Assembly (NCBI GenBank): GCA_965644265.1
Contig: OZ286459.1
Span: forward strand, 50,840,001 to 50,904,000
DNA from: Glycera tridactyla
Lineage: Eukaryota
Reading direction: 5' to 3'
Length of the DNA: 64,000 nucleotides
Shown here: piece by piece, positions 32,636-44,268 of the stretch
How the letters are laid out: each line of letters opens with the position of its first letter
How positions within the stretch are numbered: position 1 is the stretch's first letter
Position numbers and translations under genes: made by a program
The notes under the pieces: generated by a model
Told to the model about the DNA's origin: nothing
The model's database searches: none
The model's input: only the letters and a program-made list of their open reading frames with translations

Positions 32636-33083
32636 GTTAATACAGTCCCTGTCTCTCCCTGAAATTTAGCATCCCCCATGCCTAACCACCTTCGCTCGAA
32701 CTTTACAACAAGTAAGAATTATCCCTAGATGGACCCCTTATCCGTCGTCGGCGTCGTTTTGCCATCTAGCGTATCTCGACGCCACTGTTTACATTCCACA
32801 TTTCGCGCATGCGCACATCATATTTTCTCGTTTCGACCAGCCATAACGGTCGTGAGAAAATTCCCTGGAACTAAATTAGTTCATTTGCCTAGTTAGATAC
32901 ACCTTCGTGGCACCGCGTCAGTCGGAATACGTTTACGATATCCTTATCTCACTTCTGAAGTCCCTTCTAAAACTAGAAGTCGAAGAGCAAAGAGAGGCAA
33001 GAGTTCTCCTTCTTTCTCATGTAAAGAGGCTGAGGTTAGGCTAGTTAGAGTGTCATCAGTACAACAGGACTCTAACCGGGCTA

Positions 33084-33270
33084 GTTAATACCGTACCTGT
33101 CTCTCCCTCAAATTCTGCATCCCCCATGCTAAACTACCTACGCTCAAACTTCACAACAATAAATAGAAAATCTATTTAGAGTCTTGGACCCGGCCATCGC
33201 GCATATCGCCACCTAGCGTATCTACCGCGAACCAGGTGAACTGCGCGCATGCACTCTTGGTATTTTCTTG
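33084..33270 (+). repeat. Extra DIRS 5' ITR of a different subfamily inside the element 4 5' UTR
   Basis: ctaGTTaataccgtacctgtctctccctcaaattctgcatc...gcgcatgcac..tattttc; does not match the element 4 ICR or 3' ITR. Confidence 0.88.
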
Positions 33271-33836
33271 TTTCGGCCATTTGTCATAGCCTGAAGTGAA
33301 AATTCCCCACGGTTTTTCGCTGAAAACTGAGCTTCACGTATACCTACGCAAGTCGCTACAGTGAGAATAGTTTCATGTTTCTATATAGATTGTTTGTGCT
33401 GAGTGCAAGCGTTGTGGAATTATTCCTCGCTTCTTAGTGGCGAATTTAACTTCGTTGTGCGGACGTGCATTCGCGCGTGCTGACGTGCGTCAGCGCTGTT
33501 GTTCAATTTGCGACAACATTCCGTCTCCGTTGACGTGTTGTTCAATTTGCAACTACGTGCATGCTGTAATCCAGCGTTGACAGTTGACGGCTGCCGGTGT
33601 TCAATTTGCAACTACATTGAGCGTGAAGCGTGGCTGTGTGGCATACCCTGTCGTCTCTAGTATTGACGTGTATGCCGGTTTTGTTCAGCACTCTCCACTC
33701 ACATTGTCATCTGTCTGTGTTGTTCGATTGGAACAACAGCATCAGTATATACCAGAACATAGATTGTGTTGTTCAGGTGAAATGGTCACTGTACAGTGAT
33801 CTGTGATTTTCATAGCATACAGTTGTATCTCTATTA

Positions 33837-36800
33837 TGTCAGCCAAGGGCCCGACTAGAGGTGATTGCGGGCATTGTTATGCGGCCTGGGACAATCATAG
33901 ATTGTGCCCCTCCTGCAGGGACTGTGGTAAAGGACGCGATCAGTTCGGCGAGGAGGTGGTTTGTGAGATGTGTGGACTGGCCGTCAGCCACATGGAAGTG
34001 GCACTATGAAAGAAGAGTATATCCTACTCGGAAATATGCGCTGTCTCATGCTTCCTCAGGTTCTGGACCTGCGTCTCGTTCGGCAAGTGTCCGGAGGGCG
34101 GGGGAGTCGATTGTCAGTAGAGCCCCTCATATCATGAGGGTGGCTTCTCCTCAGGCTGCTAGCTTTCAAGTGGCTCCTGCTTCGTGTTCTGAGAAATTGA
34201 TGTCAAGTTTGCGCCTAAGTTTGCCAAAATCTATCAAATCTGAGTCTACTAAGAAACTGTCAGTACAGGTAAAGAGGTTTGTTCTGTCTCCTACCAAGAG
34301 TAGTTGTGAGTCAGTTGGCGAATCTGAGACAGAATTCGCATTCAGGCCTCCATTAGGTCCCTTGCCCGAGAAGCCCAAAGTTGCTAGTAAGAAGCCTGTG
34401 ATTCCAGATCCTCCTATTGAGTTTGAGGAGGAGGTTGAGGATGAGCTGGATTATGATGAATTGCCCTCGGATGAATCAGTAGACCATTTAGAACCTGAAT
34501 TGCTGACTCATGATATTTCAGGGGAGATGGATTTTCGGATGAGAATACTCCCTTGATTCAGACCGGGAAGGTAGATGCTCCAGTAATGACTGGTAGTGCT
34601 TCCTTGCCCCGTCATATGACAGAAATATGTGGTCCCAATCAGTCTTCAGTCATTCATAAGTCAGATGAAGCTGTGAGTTCTGCAGAGACCCTCCGGGATA
34701 CCGGCTAGTACACAGGATCAGAGTGCACCGGGCGACTGGGCAATGAATATTCACTCAGTCATTGATCAGCATAAAGCCTTCGATCAGGTGAACCGAGACA
34801 TACCTTTACTAGAGAGTGACAAGGTTGATCTCCGGGCGTTAAAGTCTCAACAGGTATCACAAGAGGCATTGTTTGCGGGTGATGCTCCATCAGAATTGAT
34901 TCAGGCAGGTGGAAAGTTTCAGATGGCACCCTGTGCAGAAAACATTTCCACCGGGCAACAGGTATCCACCGGGCAACGGGTGCAGATTAACACCATTGAA
35001 CTGCATAGGGATGTCACGGGCAAAGATATTGCTGTAGACACCGGGCACCAGGCATTGATTGCTTGCCCAGAGAAAATGAGCACCAGGAGCAATTGCTGAG
35101 TACAGAAGTGCACTATGGTGACTCACCGGGCACCAGGCACGGGCCATCAGTTGGAGCATGATACAACTAAGGTTGCTTCAGATATTGATGATGATTCCTC
35201 AGATGATTTGGAAGTGGTTTCTGAATATATAGTACCAAAAGTCAAACAATCAGGTATTATTAGAAGAACTGCACCAGCTAGAACTACAGTTCCTCCTTCA
35301 GCAGTAGTTCAGGTGGGCAAGGATAAATTTACACTACAAGAGGAGAAACCAGGAGTGTTCAAAATAATTGAGAAAATAACTCCTCCTGCCTTACTGTCCC
35401 GAATTTTAGGTTCTGACTCAGTTAAGTCTAATACCGGGCATACCGGGCATACCAGGCATACAGGGCATTCCGGGCATACCAAGCATACGCATATGCCATC
35501 ACAAGTCTCTTCCCAGAAGATATCCCAGGAGAATCCAGTGTACTGAAAGAGGAAAATTGATTGTGTAGTTGATTCAGTGGGGGTGGGTTCCCTCAAGGAT
35601 ACTAGAAGCTGGTTCGAGAGGCTCAAGAAACAGAAGATACCAGAAACTGTTTCTAGACCAACCGAAGAAGTAGTTCCACCCACTAGGGAAGACATGGCAG
35701 ACTCAGATAATGAGGAATGGACAGTTGAAGATAGGAAAGCCACTTTAGCTTTAGTCAGAAGCATGAGATCTGAGATGAAGGCTTCAAGAGAGGAGGTGAA
35801 GATCTCTAGAGAACAGAGTGCTGCGCATATTGAGCTTCTAGAAAATCAAAATGATGATACTGAAAACCCTGTAAAGTCTCAGAGAATGAGAACGTTCAGG
35901 AGATACGCAGCTGAGGTTTTACCAACCTATATGGAGCAACCAGATCCATCCTTACTTAATACTGCAGGCATGGCTGGTGATGCTATGAGATCTTCATATG
36001 ATGCAGAAAGTAGTGAGAGAGAGGTCCAATGTCTTATTGATTACACCTTACCATTGTCTCCCATGGTGTCTAACATGCAGAAGCTTTTAGACAGAACAAT
36101 TCAAGGTAGGGAGAAGTATCAGTCAGTCATAGACATGGATGCTCCTCTTTCATCGTTTGTGAGTGGCAAAAAAGGGGGTGATGCATAAGCCCTCAAACGT
36201 GCATTCAAACAAAATTTTCCTCCAATGCCTGGCTGCAATGCCCGAGTTCACAAAATGAGACCAACATCAGATGGTACTGAGAGCTATTGTGTTGTTTCCC
36301 CTGAGGTAGATGCAGATTATTATGCCTATGAGAAGACAGCCAAATCAGAGTTAACACCTACTCCTGAGGAAGTCATAGTTAGAGAAGCCTTGAAGGTACT
36401 CTCTTATGTTGATGTAGCCTTGGCTGCAGGCCTCAGATTCACTCATAAGGATCTTGAGGGTGTTCAGGACGTGGAGGAGAAAGCTGAAATGGCTATAGAG
36501 ATAGGGCTAAAGGCCATGGAACATGCAACATTCATTGTTGCTAAAGTGGCAGGTAACATGGAGCTGTCACGAAGGACAGCTGCCCTGAGAACAGTCTCCC
36601 TTGATGACCAAGCCAGAGCACAGTTGAGGTCTCTACCTCTCGGACAGGATTATCTTTTTGGTGGCAGACTGGAGGAGGCCTCCGATCAATCCTGGGAGAG
36701 AATGAAGAAGAGAAAGAATATGGATGAGGACTGCAGGGCAGGCTCATCAAGGTTTAGGCCAGGATTCTCTTTGACAGGACAAGGCTCTCAGTCTTGTTCA

Positions 36801-37004
36801 TCGACGGGTTACAGAGGTAACTCAACGAGAGGTAGAGGCAGAGGTAGGGGATTTGGTTCACACAAGCAAGATGAGGAGGGACAAACATCTTTCCAATCAC
36901 AATCCTAGACTCAAAATGCCAATCAAGGTCAAAATCAGTCATCAAGAGGGGATAGAAGACCGTTCGGTAAAAGAAGGGGTCGCGGTAGGGGGCGTCGGCC
37001 CCAG
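33837..37004 (+). pseudogene. Element 4 gag-like ORF1, disrupted
   Basis: MSAKGPTRGDCGHCYAAWDNHRLCPSCRDCG; fragments 33861..34556, 35115..35546, 35577..36188 and 36225..36908 carry the conserved C-terminal domain. Confidence 0.88.
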
Positions 37005-39025
37005 GATGAGGGGCGTCACCTCTCAGACTCCGGCAGTGGGAGCCAGACTCGCCCAACTTTTGCCAGCCTGGCAGGACCTGACAGAAAACAGATTTATTCT
37101 GAGTATAGTAGAAGAAGGTTAGGATTCGTCAAACAGCCAAGCCTATCTCAAGAGTTATTACCCTTCTCAGGGCCAAAAGAGGGAAGTCTAAAACACCTCG
37201 CCTTTAGATCTGAACAGTCCACCAGGGTTTTACAGCAATTTGTTCCTGGTGGAGAAAGCTTCAGGGGGTTTTTGCCCATCCGTTGGTTTCACAATCAATG
37301 GTTCAAGATGAAGACAGTCAGGTCCGTGGTGAAGGCAGTCCTTCCCAACGATTGGTCTGTATCAATAGACCTGAGGGATGCCTATTTCCACATCCCAATT
37401 TACAAGGACCATCAGAGGTATCTGAGATTTGCTGTGTCAAAAGAAGTTGCGTACCAGTTCAGAGCGCTTCCTTTTGGCCTGTGCACAGCTCCTCGGATAT
37501 TTACTATGGTTCTCCGGGACATGGCGCAGCATTTGCATCTGAAGGCCATCAAGGTTCACCTTTTTTTGGATGATTGGCTGATTCTTCATCAGTGTCCAAG
37601 AACCTTGATGTCCCAACTGAATTATGTGACTCCGTTAGCAACCAATTTAGGTTGGCTTATCAATCAAGAGAAATCGGAGATGACCCCCCAGGCAACAGTT
37701 TTCTTATCTGGGAGTCTTCTTCGATACAGCCAATCAGATTGTTCTCCCAACCAAGCAGAGAGTCGAGAAGCTGAAAGGTTGTCTGAGACTATCTATTCGA
37801 AAACCTTTTAACCGGCAAGGGCAGTCCTCAGGATATTAGGACACATGTCCAGCCTGTCAGATCTGATTATTCTAGGAAGGCTTCACATGAGGCCTCTACA
37901 GTTATGTCTCTTGTCCCAATGGCGTCCTCATTCAGACAGTCTGGAGAGCATGATCTCCATCTATCCCGAGGTGATCTCAATCCTAAAATGGTGGCAAGAC
38001 AGAGCGAACACCCTGGGAGGAGTTCCCTTGTCGCCAAAAGAATCTCAGTTGACGATCACCACGGATGCTTCCCTGGAGGGGTGGGGAGCGCATATATCAG
38101 GGGACAACATAAGAGATCGGATTTCAGGAGAATGGCCAGACAGTTACAGGAAGAGGTCCATCAACTTCCTGGAGCTGGAAGCTATTTTTCTGGCCTTGGA
38201 GAACTTCCTTGAATATATCAGGAAGAAGATCATTCTTATCCTGTCAGACAACGTGACAGCGATAGCTCATGTTCAAAACCAAGGTGGAACACACAGCTCG
38301 TGTCTGTGTGGTCTGGCTTGGCAGATTCTGACTCTGACAAACAGCTTGGAAACAGTAGTAAGGGTTCACCATATACCGGGCAAGAGGAACATGCTAGCAG
38401 AGGCACTATCACGTTCCCAATCCATTCAAACAGAATGGGAACTTCATCCCGAGATCTCCCAACATATTTTGGACAGATTCATGATTTCACCAACAGTGGA
38501 CCTGATGGCCACACATCTGAATACCAGACTACCGGTATTCATCAGTCCTTTTCCTGACCAGTCAGCCTTGGGGTGGATGCTCTCTCGATAAGTTGGGCTC
38601 AGTTTCAGACAGCGAATATGTATCCTCCAACAGCTCTTATCAGGGACATCCTAAACAAATTGAGGGGTCTTAACCTGATTCTAGTGTGCATCGCACCATA
38701 TTGGCCAAATCAGGCCTGGTTCCCAGGTTTGATGGAGCTCTCAATCAAGAACCCTCTGGAGTTACCTGTCCTGAGGGACCTATTGACCCAGGTCATGAAG
38801 GGGAAGAGACCGAACCACAGGCGTCCACAAGTTCTCAACCTTCACGCCTGGTGTCTATCAGGCAAGCCCTTGAGGGCAGGAACTTCCCATATGATGCAAT
38901 CATCAGAATTTCCCAGCCAACAAGATCATCAACAGCCAGGATGTATGATGCCAGATGGGAGATATGGTACCAACAATGCAGAAATAACAACATTTTGGCA
39001 ACCAATCCCCCTCTCTCCTACCTGA
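37005..39025 (+). pseudogene. Element 4 pol, disrupted
   Basis: AVGARLAQLLPAW, SIDLRDAYFHIP, FLDDWL, TDASLEGWGA and NMYPP in several frames. Confidence 0.92.
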
Positions 39026-39921
39026 TTATGTTTTTCATGGGTCTCTGGGATCAGGGACTGTCTATCGATACTCTGAAGGGTTACCGATCAGCTTTGAACT
39101 CGGTATTATGTTTTTATGACGATTCAGGTCTGAAGTCCAAGGAGCTGAAGGATTTGTTCAGAAACTTGGCTATGGAATGCCCTGTACAGAAGAAATTAGT
39201 ACCAGCGTGGAATTTACCGTTGGTACTTAAGTTTTTGTCTAGTGATCAATTTGAGCCTCTTTATGATATTTCGTTGTTGTTACTAACATGGAAGACAGTT
39301 TTCTTGATTGCGTTGCCGAGTGGAAGGAGGCGCAGTGAGTTGAGGGCCTTATCAGGAGAATCTAAGGCAATTAGATTCACGGGGAACTTCTCTAAGGTTA
39401 AGTTAACCTAAAGGGATGGCTTTGTGGCAAAGAATCAGCCTAATGATACGGAATGTCCATTTATCACAATTCCTGCTTTACCCAAGAATGATGATACTGA
39501 CACCAGTCTTTGTCCTGTTACAGTCCTCGAGTGCTATCTGAGGAGAACTCAGGAGCTGAGAGGTAATAGGAGATCTCTCTTTATTCTTTTATCAAGGAAT
39601 ACAGAGTCAGAAATCAGAGCTGACACGATTTCCAACTGGATTAAATCTGTAGTTCTGAAAGCTTATGAAGAGAGTCCAGAGGAGGAGTTGCCAGATGGAG
39701 TTTCGGCCCACGAGACTAGAGCACTGGCATCATCATGGAGTTTTTTCAATAGAGCTGCCTCTGTAGGGGAAATTATGCAAGCAGCCTATTGGAGATCTGG
39801 CAGCACATTTTTCTTTAACTATCTTAGAGACATGTTTGGCCAAGCAGCAGACCTATATTCGTTAGGTCCAATAGTTGCAGGTCAGACAGTTGTCAGGCCT
39901 CCACATGATCAAAATAGTTAG
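38855..39921 (+). pseudogene. Element 4 YR with one in-frame stop (39409-39411)
   Basis: ORFs 38686..39411 and 39424..39921 are in the same frame; SGRRRSELRAL, AHETRALA, AAYWRS and FNYLRD. Confidence 0.92.
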
Positions 39922-40307
39922 ATACTTCAATTATCCCACCATCCGGGTTTCATTCGAATGCTAAATTTGAGGGAGAGACAGGGACGGTATTAACTTCACC
40001 CAGGTTTTGTTTAACCTGGTTGTTAATACCTACCTGTCTCTCCCTCAAATGATGGACCCTCCCATCCATCCCTGCTGATTGTTGTGAAAATACGACGCGC
40101 GCATGTGCAAAATGCGGAATGTAAACAGTGGCGTCGAGATACGCTAGATGGCGAAACGACTCCCAACGACGGATAAGGGGTCAATCTAGGGATAATTCTT
40201 ACTTGTTGTAAAGTCCAAGCAAAGGTAGTTAGGCATGGGGGATGCTAAATTTGAGGGAGAGACAGGTAGGTATTAACAACCAGGTTAAACAAAACCTGGG
40301 TGAAGTT

Positions 40308-41261
40308 AGTGGCCAAATGTTTTTAATTTGTTTCCACAATTTCTTGGGGTCATCCTTGTGTTTGTCTAATAATTCCGAGACATAAGATTTTTTGAGATTA
40401 CGTGATCTCAAACGAAGGGCTTCTCGTTTGAGTTCTAGATTAAGATCAGAAGGATTATTGAAGAATTTTTTACTTAGATATTCAGCTAAGTCGATGGGAC
40501 TAATGTAATCAAAATTGACCCACGGCTGACTTTTCTCATGAATGGGCATGGACTTGAGGGGGGCTAGCTTGTCAAGTACTCGAACTATAATATCTTGGAA
40601 TTGCCAAGCTGCAATGTCCAGGTCAGAGGTAGAGATTTCAATTTCCTGAAGTAATTTCCTTGAGAAGAATCAAATTGCTGGGTTTTGAGGTTGCGAAAGG
40701 ATCTAATCTGATGAAAGGTTGAATTTTTGGAGAGTTTATGTCGGTGACGGGTAGTGTAAATGAGTTGATGATCACTCAGAGCTGGGTCTACTGTGCCCCA
40801 TTTTGAGTAATATTCAGGTCTATTAGTCAGAATATGGTCAAAAATAGTGGAAGGCCCACCATTTTGTTCTGAGAAGTCAATATTGGTGTCACCAAGAATC
40901 AAAACGTCAGCAGGGTTTTTCAGTGATTCACTTTCTAAAGTGTTCCCAAGAGAATCAAGAAATTTATTTATAGACCCACTGGGGGGCCTATTAACACAAA
41001 AAATATAAGTGGGTCTTGCCTTGGTCAGATTTAGACGCACAGCTAAAATTTCAGCATCAGGGGAGCAGGAGCACAGGTTGTCCATAATAGAGAGATCCTA
41101 CTGCTGCCGGTAGTAAACCAGGAGACCGCCACCTCCACTCTTACCGGAGGCAGCAGTACGATCAAAACGATGGAAATAATAACCAGGGATAAAGAGTTCA
41201 TTGTCATGAATTGCATTATTGAGGAAGGACTCATCAATGCAAAAAACATCAAGTGAACTGC
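40308..41261 (-). mobile_element. LINE X 5'-truncated APE/linker region (piece 1 of 3)
   Basis: SSLDVFCIDESFLNN...RFDRTAASGKSGGGGLL...RPP...ILGDTNID...FDHILTN...KHKDDPKKLWKQIKNIWPLT, which continues in frame as QKSP at 32635. Confidence 0.92.
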
Positions 41262-41400
41262 AAAGCCCTGCAAGCGTTGCAGCAGTTAATCCAGCTTGAG
41301 GCCCAGATAGCTAACTACCTGGGCGTCAGGCCGTTTCACCTGTGTGACTCTGGACAAATTTGAGGTACCCAGAATCTTGGTGTCAAATTTCTATCTAACA
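41262..41400 (-). pseudogene. N-terminal half of the PLE SGNH domain
   Basis: DTKILGTSNLSRV...DAQVVSYLGLKLD*LLQRLQGF (blocks I and II); joins in frame to KYGPSFQDPG at 22555. Confidence 0.65.
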
Positions 41401-42299
41401 CACTGATAGAGGTCTACAAGGCACACTTTGGTAGCGAGGCTCATAGGGCACCACTACGACATATGTTTTCTGCAGCCACCGCCAGGCGGCAGGGACCAAG
41501 AACGAGAGGCACATCTTCGCTGACCAATACAAAACTTCTCTCTGTGGGTAGAACGCGCTTGCATTTTAGTGATAGGAACCTCCGTATCAGAGGCGCCACC
41601 TAATGGAATAATGCTAACCCTGCCATTCGCCACACTGAGTCACTAGGGGAACTCAAATCACGCCTGCGTAGGTGATCGAGTTCTGCATTTTCTGTGTCAT
41701 TGATGTAATGTTTGAATTTAATAAATAGTGTTGTTCACAGAAAAGGCAGTTGATAGTACCCCAGACTTGTACATTGCATGTGTGTGAGTGTGTTGCATGA
41801 TCGTGTGAAAATGATGCCAAAGTTGTGTGTGTATGCATGTGTGTTGAGTCGAAAATGCCTGTATGAATGAATTTTCGATGTTAGACTATACTGCCTGATC
41901 TTGTATCAACTGTCTTAATATGTACTACATTTATCTCTATTCAATTATTACTGTCAATGTTGTATTTGTCTATCACGAATTTTGTACCTATGTTGCATGT
42001 GCATGTAATACGACCAATTGGTCTCGTGTAAATATGTTGTGATCATTTGCATAGGTGGCTGGGCGGCTAGTTAGGGGAGCCTATTGTCCACTGGGTTTCG
42101 GAGCATTAGAAGGACTAATCCGTGATTTCTAAGCTCAATCTATCAACCAAATTCCCTCAACCCTCAATATCCAGGGGTAATTTTGTATGAGGGTCCTATG
42201 TATATATGTTTTGATCATTTTTTGGACAGGGGGTAAGTGTGGAATCAGGGGTTGTGAAGGGTCATTTTCACTCAGATCAAGCATATCATTCAAACCATA

Positions 42300-42430
42300 A
42301 CAGTCAGACAGACAGACAGACAGACAGATCACATCAGACAAACCATAACAGTCGGACAGACAGACAGACAGATCACATCAGACACACAAGCAGACAGACA
42401 GACAGACCACATCAGACAGGCAGACAGACA
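42300..42430. repeat. (GACA)n compound microsatellite
   Basis: cagacagacaga arrays; another at about 42745-42770. Confidence 0.9.
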
Positions 42431-44268
42431 AACGGTGATCATACCAGACAGAGCTGTAACATCATGATTTTTCCCATCCAAATGGCATATAATGGCTATT
42501 TTTTGGTCAATTTCTATGAAAGTCAGGGTCCCAATTTGATCCCAGTCTGTTCAGGGTGATTTCAATTGACCAAAATGTGATGTTTTGAGAGAATAAAGAA
42601 TTTTCATGTGGTAGGTCCCAGTTTTTTTGTGTTTGTATAATTCAGGGACACTAGTATGACATGAAATGTGACCTCTGCCCACCATGATAGCAACTGGGGG
42701 TACCTACTTTCTGAATGTGGATGTACTCTGTGATGGTTGACCTGTTCAGACAGACAGACAGACAGACAGTCATCATACCCAACAGAGCTCCACCATCATG
42801 ATTTTTCCATTCCAAATGGGTAACATCCTGCTGCATTTTCGGCTATTGACTCTTCATCACTGCACATCAAAGGCCATTGTTCCACCAGATCTCGCAGCAA
42901 TTGCTACAGTCCATGTGATCTCACACCAGCATAACTACCAGATAATCACACCATAACTGGAGAATGAATTGCATTACTGTAGTTCTTGCCGGGGTGGAGT
43001 CATTAAGATAACATCCTGCTGCAATTCCTGCAATTTATGCATTTTCTGCAACCAACTTTGCCTGTTTTCCACCGTCTGATCATCAGGATGCTGAGGTACT
43101 TTAGAGTTATTGCTGTTTTTGAAGTTAAGAGGATGTCACCTTTGTAGCAACTTCCGCTATCCAGATATGCCATCTCACCGCTTTTTGACTACTCCACAAT
43201 ACCACATTCTTAATAACTGCCAGCTGGAATATCGCAGTCAAGAACAAGTCCATCATGGTAGTGTCATTGCCAGAGTTGAGTCATCAGGATGACACTCTGC
43301 TGCAGTGACTACTATCTTGATGTCCAACTTCAGCACCTCTCTTCTAGGCCAGATCTACATTCTAGGCCTCCTGTCCAGAAAGTCTACCCAAACGACTGTA
43401 TATGAAGATGAACTGCTCAAAATAGTAGTTTGGCCACTACTGCAACAAATTGTCTGAATACAAATTTCTTTTTCTCTGCCACATCATCAGTAGTGTCAAC
43501 ATCTTAACATATGTTAGCAAATGTTTATCACTTTATAGGTGTGCTCGCAGAATGCACTAGACTCTTCAAAGTTTATACTGTGTTAGTAAAATATATGTAC
43601 ACTTGAACATTTAGAGGACACCATGTCTGAGTTGGATGTGCATTCTAATTGTCTAGTGTTTTATGTTTTATGTTGTTCTGATTATTGCTCTAACTACTGC
43701 TCTTTTGTCCAAGTTCAGGAGAATTACGATTGCTCAGTGTGACCCTGCCTATTCATTTGTCTACCTGTCCTATTGTTTATTGGCAACATCTGCAAATGGT
43801 CTTATTGATCTACATATTATGACTTATCCTGCAACTATGTAATAGTCTGTTGTGGTGCTGAATCTCTGTTTTGCACGCACACACACCCACACAGTCGGAA
43901 ACATCAACGAGTCGTTTCCATTTTATGGCTGTGAGCCACACTCAACAATCCAGTCATGCATAAAGTGCTGATAGTGGTCCTGGTGTCATAATTACACGTG
44001 GCATTAGGTTAGCAGCACCATCTCGTGTTGCATGTTCAACCCGCAACCCACACCCAACAATTTGCACCTTCTCTCAGCTTCCTTTTTCCAGAAGGCTGGC
44101 TATTCTTATTTCCTGTCAAACTCATCCTGGTGGAAGATTTTACCATACCGCTTACACTCGAAAAACTCCCATCGAAATCTTAATATAAAATTTGAATCGA
44201 ATTTGTTCTCTCTGCAATATAATATTCCTTCCACATCAAATTCATAAATAAGAATTCTCATATCACAT

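Larger units (their letters stand above)
32636..40307 (+). mobile_element. DIRS element 4 (family A-related), full length but decayed, containing a second internal 5' ITR
   Basis: 5' ITR 32636-~32828, ICR 39958-40050, 3' ITR 40086-40307, GTT at both junctions; gag, pol and YR with stops and frameshifts. Confidence 0.93.

Noticed and set aside
42850-43350. Possible decayed coding sequence on the minus strand
   Set aside because: All frames I tried contain stops and no motif was identifiable.
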